From Elusimicrobiota bacterium (lineage in GTDB: Bacteria > Elusimicrobiota > Elusimicrobia > F11), in contig JBGAON010000002.1 in NCBI GenBank assembly GCA_044221725.1, positions 576,001 to 640,000 of the forward strand: 64,000 nt of DNA, given 5' to 3'. Below the pieces are notes generated by a model. That model did no database searches. It was not told the origin of the DNA and worked only from the letters and a program-made list of their open reading frames with translations. Both the position numbers and the translations under genes were made by a program. Positions 61,883-64,000 of this stretch are shown here, piece by piece (position 1 is the first letter of the stretch; every line of letters starts with the position of its first letter).

Positions 61883-63409
61883 ATGATTGTTATCTTAGAC
61901 TTCGGTTCTCAGTACACGCAGCTTATCGCGCGCAAGGTGCGCGAATCCAATGTGTATTGCGAGATTCATCCGTTCTCAACAAGCTGGTCCACGATCGCAA
62001 AGTTAAATCCATCCGGTGTCATTCTGTCTGGTGGGCCATCAAGCGTGTACGAGAAGAAAGCGCCGAAGCCGGACAAAGCAATTTGGGACAGCGGGGTACC
62101 GATTCTCGGTATCTGCTACGGGCTTCAGCTCATGGTGGACCACTTCGGAGGCAAAGTGCAGTCGGCGTCCAAACGCGAATATGGTCCAGCGACGATTCAG
62201 CTCGCGACATCGAATTCGATCTTCACGGACCTTCCGAAAAACTTGCCCGTGTGGATGAGCCACGGCGACGCGGTCACAAAAATCCCAAGCGGTTTTTCGA
62301 TTCTCGCGAAAAGCGACAACGCTCCGTTCGCCGCGATCAAACACGATTCGAAGAAAATGATGGGCGTGCAGTTCCATCCCGAAGTTCACCACACGCCCAA
62401 CGGCGTCGACATCTTGAAAAACTTCACGCACGGAATTTGTAAAGACTCGGCCGCCTGGAGCATGAAGTCGTTTGTCGATGAAGCCATCCGCGACGTGCAG
62501 GCCCAAGTGGGGAATGAAAAAGTCATTCTCGGTCTTTCCGGCGGCGTGGACTCAGCGGTGGCCGCGGCGCTCTTGCACCGCGCCATCGGCCCGCAACTCA
62601 CTGCGATTTTCGTCGACAACGGCGTGCTGCGGTCGGGCGAGAAGGAACGCATCCGCCGCATCTTTGATGGATCGATGGGATCGAATCTGCGGGTCATCAA
62701 TGCGGGCCCGTCGTTCCTGAAGAAATTAAAAGGCATGACCGATCCTGAGAGAAAACGGAAAACGATCGGCGCAGAATTTATCCGCGTGTTCGATGCCGAA
62801 GCGAAGAAGATTAAAGGCGTGAAATTCCTGGCGCAAGGCACACTCTATCCGGACGTCATTGAAAGCGTGTCGGTCAAAGGTCCGTCGGCCACGATCAAAA
62901 CGCATCACAACGTGGGCGGACTGCCGAAAAAAATGAAGCTGAAATTGGTCGAGCCGCTGCGATTCTTGTTCAAAGACGAGGTGCGTGCACTGGGACGAGA
63001 GCTTGGGCTGCCCTCCGAACTTCTCAATCGCCATCCATTCCCGGGCCCCGGTCTCGCCATCCGAATTCTCGGTGAAGTCACGAAAGAACGCGTGTCTCTG
63101 TTGCAACAAGCGGATCTCATTGTCGAATCCGAAATTCGCGCCGCCGGCTTATACGATCAATTGTGGCAAGCGTTTGCGGTCTTGCTGCCCGTGAAATCCG
63201 TGGGCGTCATGGGCGATCTTCGCACGTACGAAAACACCGTGGCCGTTCGCGCCGTGACATCGCTCGATGCGATGACCGCCGACTGGGCCGACTTGCCGCG
63301 CCCGGTGCTGTCGCGCATCTCGAACCGCATCATCAATGAAGTGAAAGGCATCAACCGCGTTGTGTTGGACATTTCATCGAAGCCACCGGCCACCATCGAA
63401 TGGGAATAA
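61883..63409 (+). CDS. guaA: GMP synthase (glutamine-hydrolysing)
   Basis: LDFGSQYTQLIAR, GICYG, QFHPEV, SGGVDS, IKTHHNVGG, KPPATIEWE. Confidence 0.98.
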   Translation: MIVILDFGSQYTQLIARKVRESNVYCEIHPFSTSWSTIAKLNPSGVILSGGPSSVYEKKAPKPDKAIWDSGVPILGICYGLQLMVDHFGGKVQSASKREYGPATIQLATSNSIFTDLPKNLPVWMSHGDAVTKIPSGFSILAKSDNAPFAAIKHDSKKMMGVQFHPEVHHTPNGVDILKNFTHGICKDSAAWSMKSFVDEAIRDVQAQVGNEKVILGLSGGVDSAVAAALLHRAIGPQLTAIFVDNGVLRSGEKERIRRIFDGSMGSNLRVINAGPSFLKKLKGMTDPERKRKTIGAEFIRVFDAEAKKIKGVKFLAQGTLYPDVIESVSVKGPSATIKTHHNVGGLPKKMKLKLVEPLRFLFKDEVRALGRELGLPSELLNRHPFPGPGLAIRILGEVTKERVSLLQQADLIVESEIRAAGLYDQLWQAFAVLLPVKSVGVMGDLRTYENTVAVRAVTSLDAMTADWADLPRPVLSRISNRIINEVKGINRVVLDISSKPPATIEWE

Positions 63410-63413
63410 GGAT

Positions 63414-63450
63414 TGCCCTCACCCTAACCCTCTCCCTAAAGGGAGAGGGA
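63414..63450. repeat. Single CCCTCTCCC-type palindrome between guaA and purC
   Basis: TGCCCTCACCCTAACCCTCTCCCTAAAGGGAGAGGGA, near reverse complement of 60551-60586. Confidence 0.85.
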
Positions 63451-63464
63451 ATGTGATTTCCGAA

Positions 63465-64000
63465 ATGGAATCCGTTATTAATTTGCCTTTGTTTCGGCGG
63501 GGGAAGGTCCGCGATGTGTACGATCTCGGCTCACAACTTTTGCTTGTGGCAAGCGATCGCATCTCCGCGTTTGATTTTGTTTTGCCGACACCGGTGCCGG
63601 ACAAAGGAAAAATTCTCAACGAAATTTCGGCGTTTTGGTTCAAGAAGCTCGACAGAGTCATCGCGAATCATTTGATCACGACCGATGTCTCCAAATATCC
63701 GGAAGTTGCCAAACCGTTTGCGGCGCAGCTGGATCGCCGCTCGATGCTCGTGCAGAAAACCGACAAGCTGGAAGTCGAATGCATCGTGCGCGGTTATTTG
63801 GCTGGATCCGGATGGAAGGATTATCAAAAGACTCGCACAATCTGCGGCATCGAACTTCCGAAAGGCCTTAGCGAATCCGAGAAACTCCCGGAACCAATTT
63901 TCACTCCGACAACAAAAGCGGAAGGCGGCGCGCACGACGAGAACATGACGTTTGACGAGCTCGCCGCACAAATCGGCGCACCGCTCGCGCAAACATTGAA
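63465..64000 (+). CDS. purC: SAICAR synthetase (3'-truncated by the window edge)
   Basis: Manual translation: RGKVRDVY..ASDRISAFD..DKGKIL..ECIVRGYLAGSGW..PIFTPTTKA..HDEN. Confidence 0.95.
   Translation, partial: MESVINLPLFRRGKVRDVYDLGSQLLLVASDRISAFDFVLPTPVPDKGKILNEISAFWFKKLDRVIANHLITTDVSKYPEVAKPFAAQLDRRSMLVQKTDKLEVECIVRGYLAGSGWKDYQKTRTICGIELPKGLSESEKLPEPIFTPTTKAEGGAHDENMTFDELAAQIGAPLAQTL

Overview
Bacterial chromosomal window, probably a diderm organism: it has a TonB-dependent receptor, and the giant-gene style suggests an Elusimicrobiota/PVC-like lineage, which is inference only. Most of it is housekeeping. In order: tRNA-Gly(CCC), a TonB-dependent receptor, an Orn/Lys/Arg decarboxylase, a DksA-like gene, pepA, mqnD, a DEAD-box helicase, a MoxR-DUF58-Bat operon, ispH, a futalosine menaquinone operon (ubiA/mqnP-ubiX-ubiD-mqnE-mqnA-mqnC-ferredoxin), purA-carAB, and nrdR-nrdJ-dcd-guaB3-guaA-purC. 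The striking element is a dispersed family of three large paralogous genes: <1..8024 (+), 40333..43443 (+) and 50107..56625 (-). They share a conserved N-terminal domain with TraB/TIKI/EreA-ChaN-like DxH, LEG, RD..M and GGFH motifs; the two complete members also have a signal peptide. Each carries a different C-terminal cargo: HD hydrolase, adenylate-kinase-like and EboD-like dehydroquinate synthase domains; HTH-like repeats; or a beta-CASP nuclease. In two of them the cargo is interspersed with CPBP-like membrane modules. The two genes with visible upstream regions share a four-repeat, 11-bp-period upstream motif. Other observations are tandem NrdR boxes on a sigma70 promoter, several families of small palindromic repeats (some translated inside genes) and a membrane-anchored GH13 pseudo-enzyme. 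No database searches were run; all domain calls come from motif recognition by eye.
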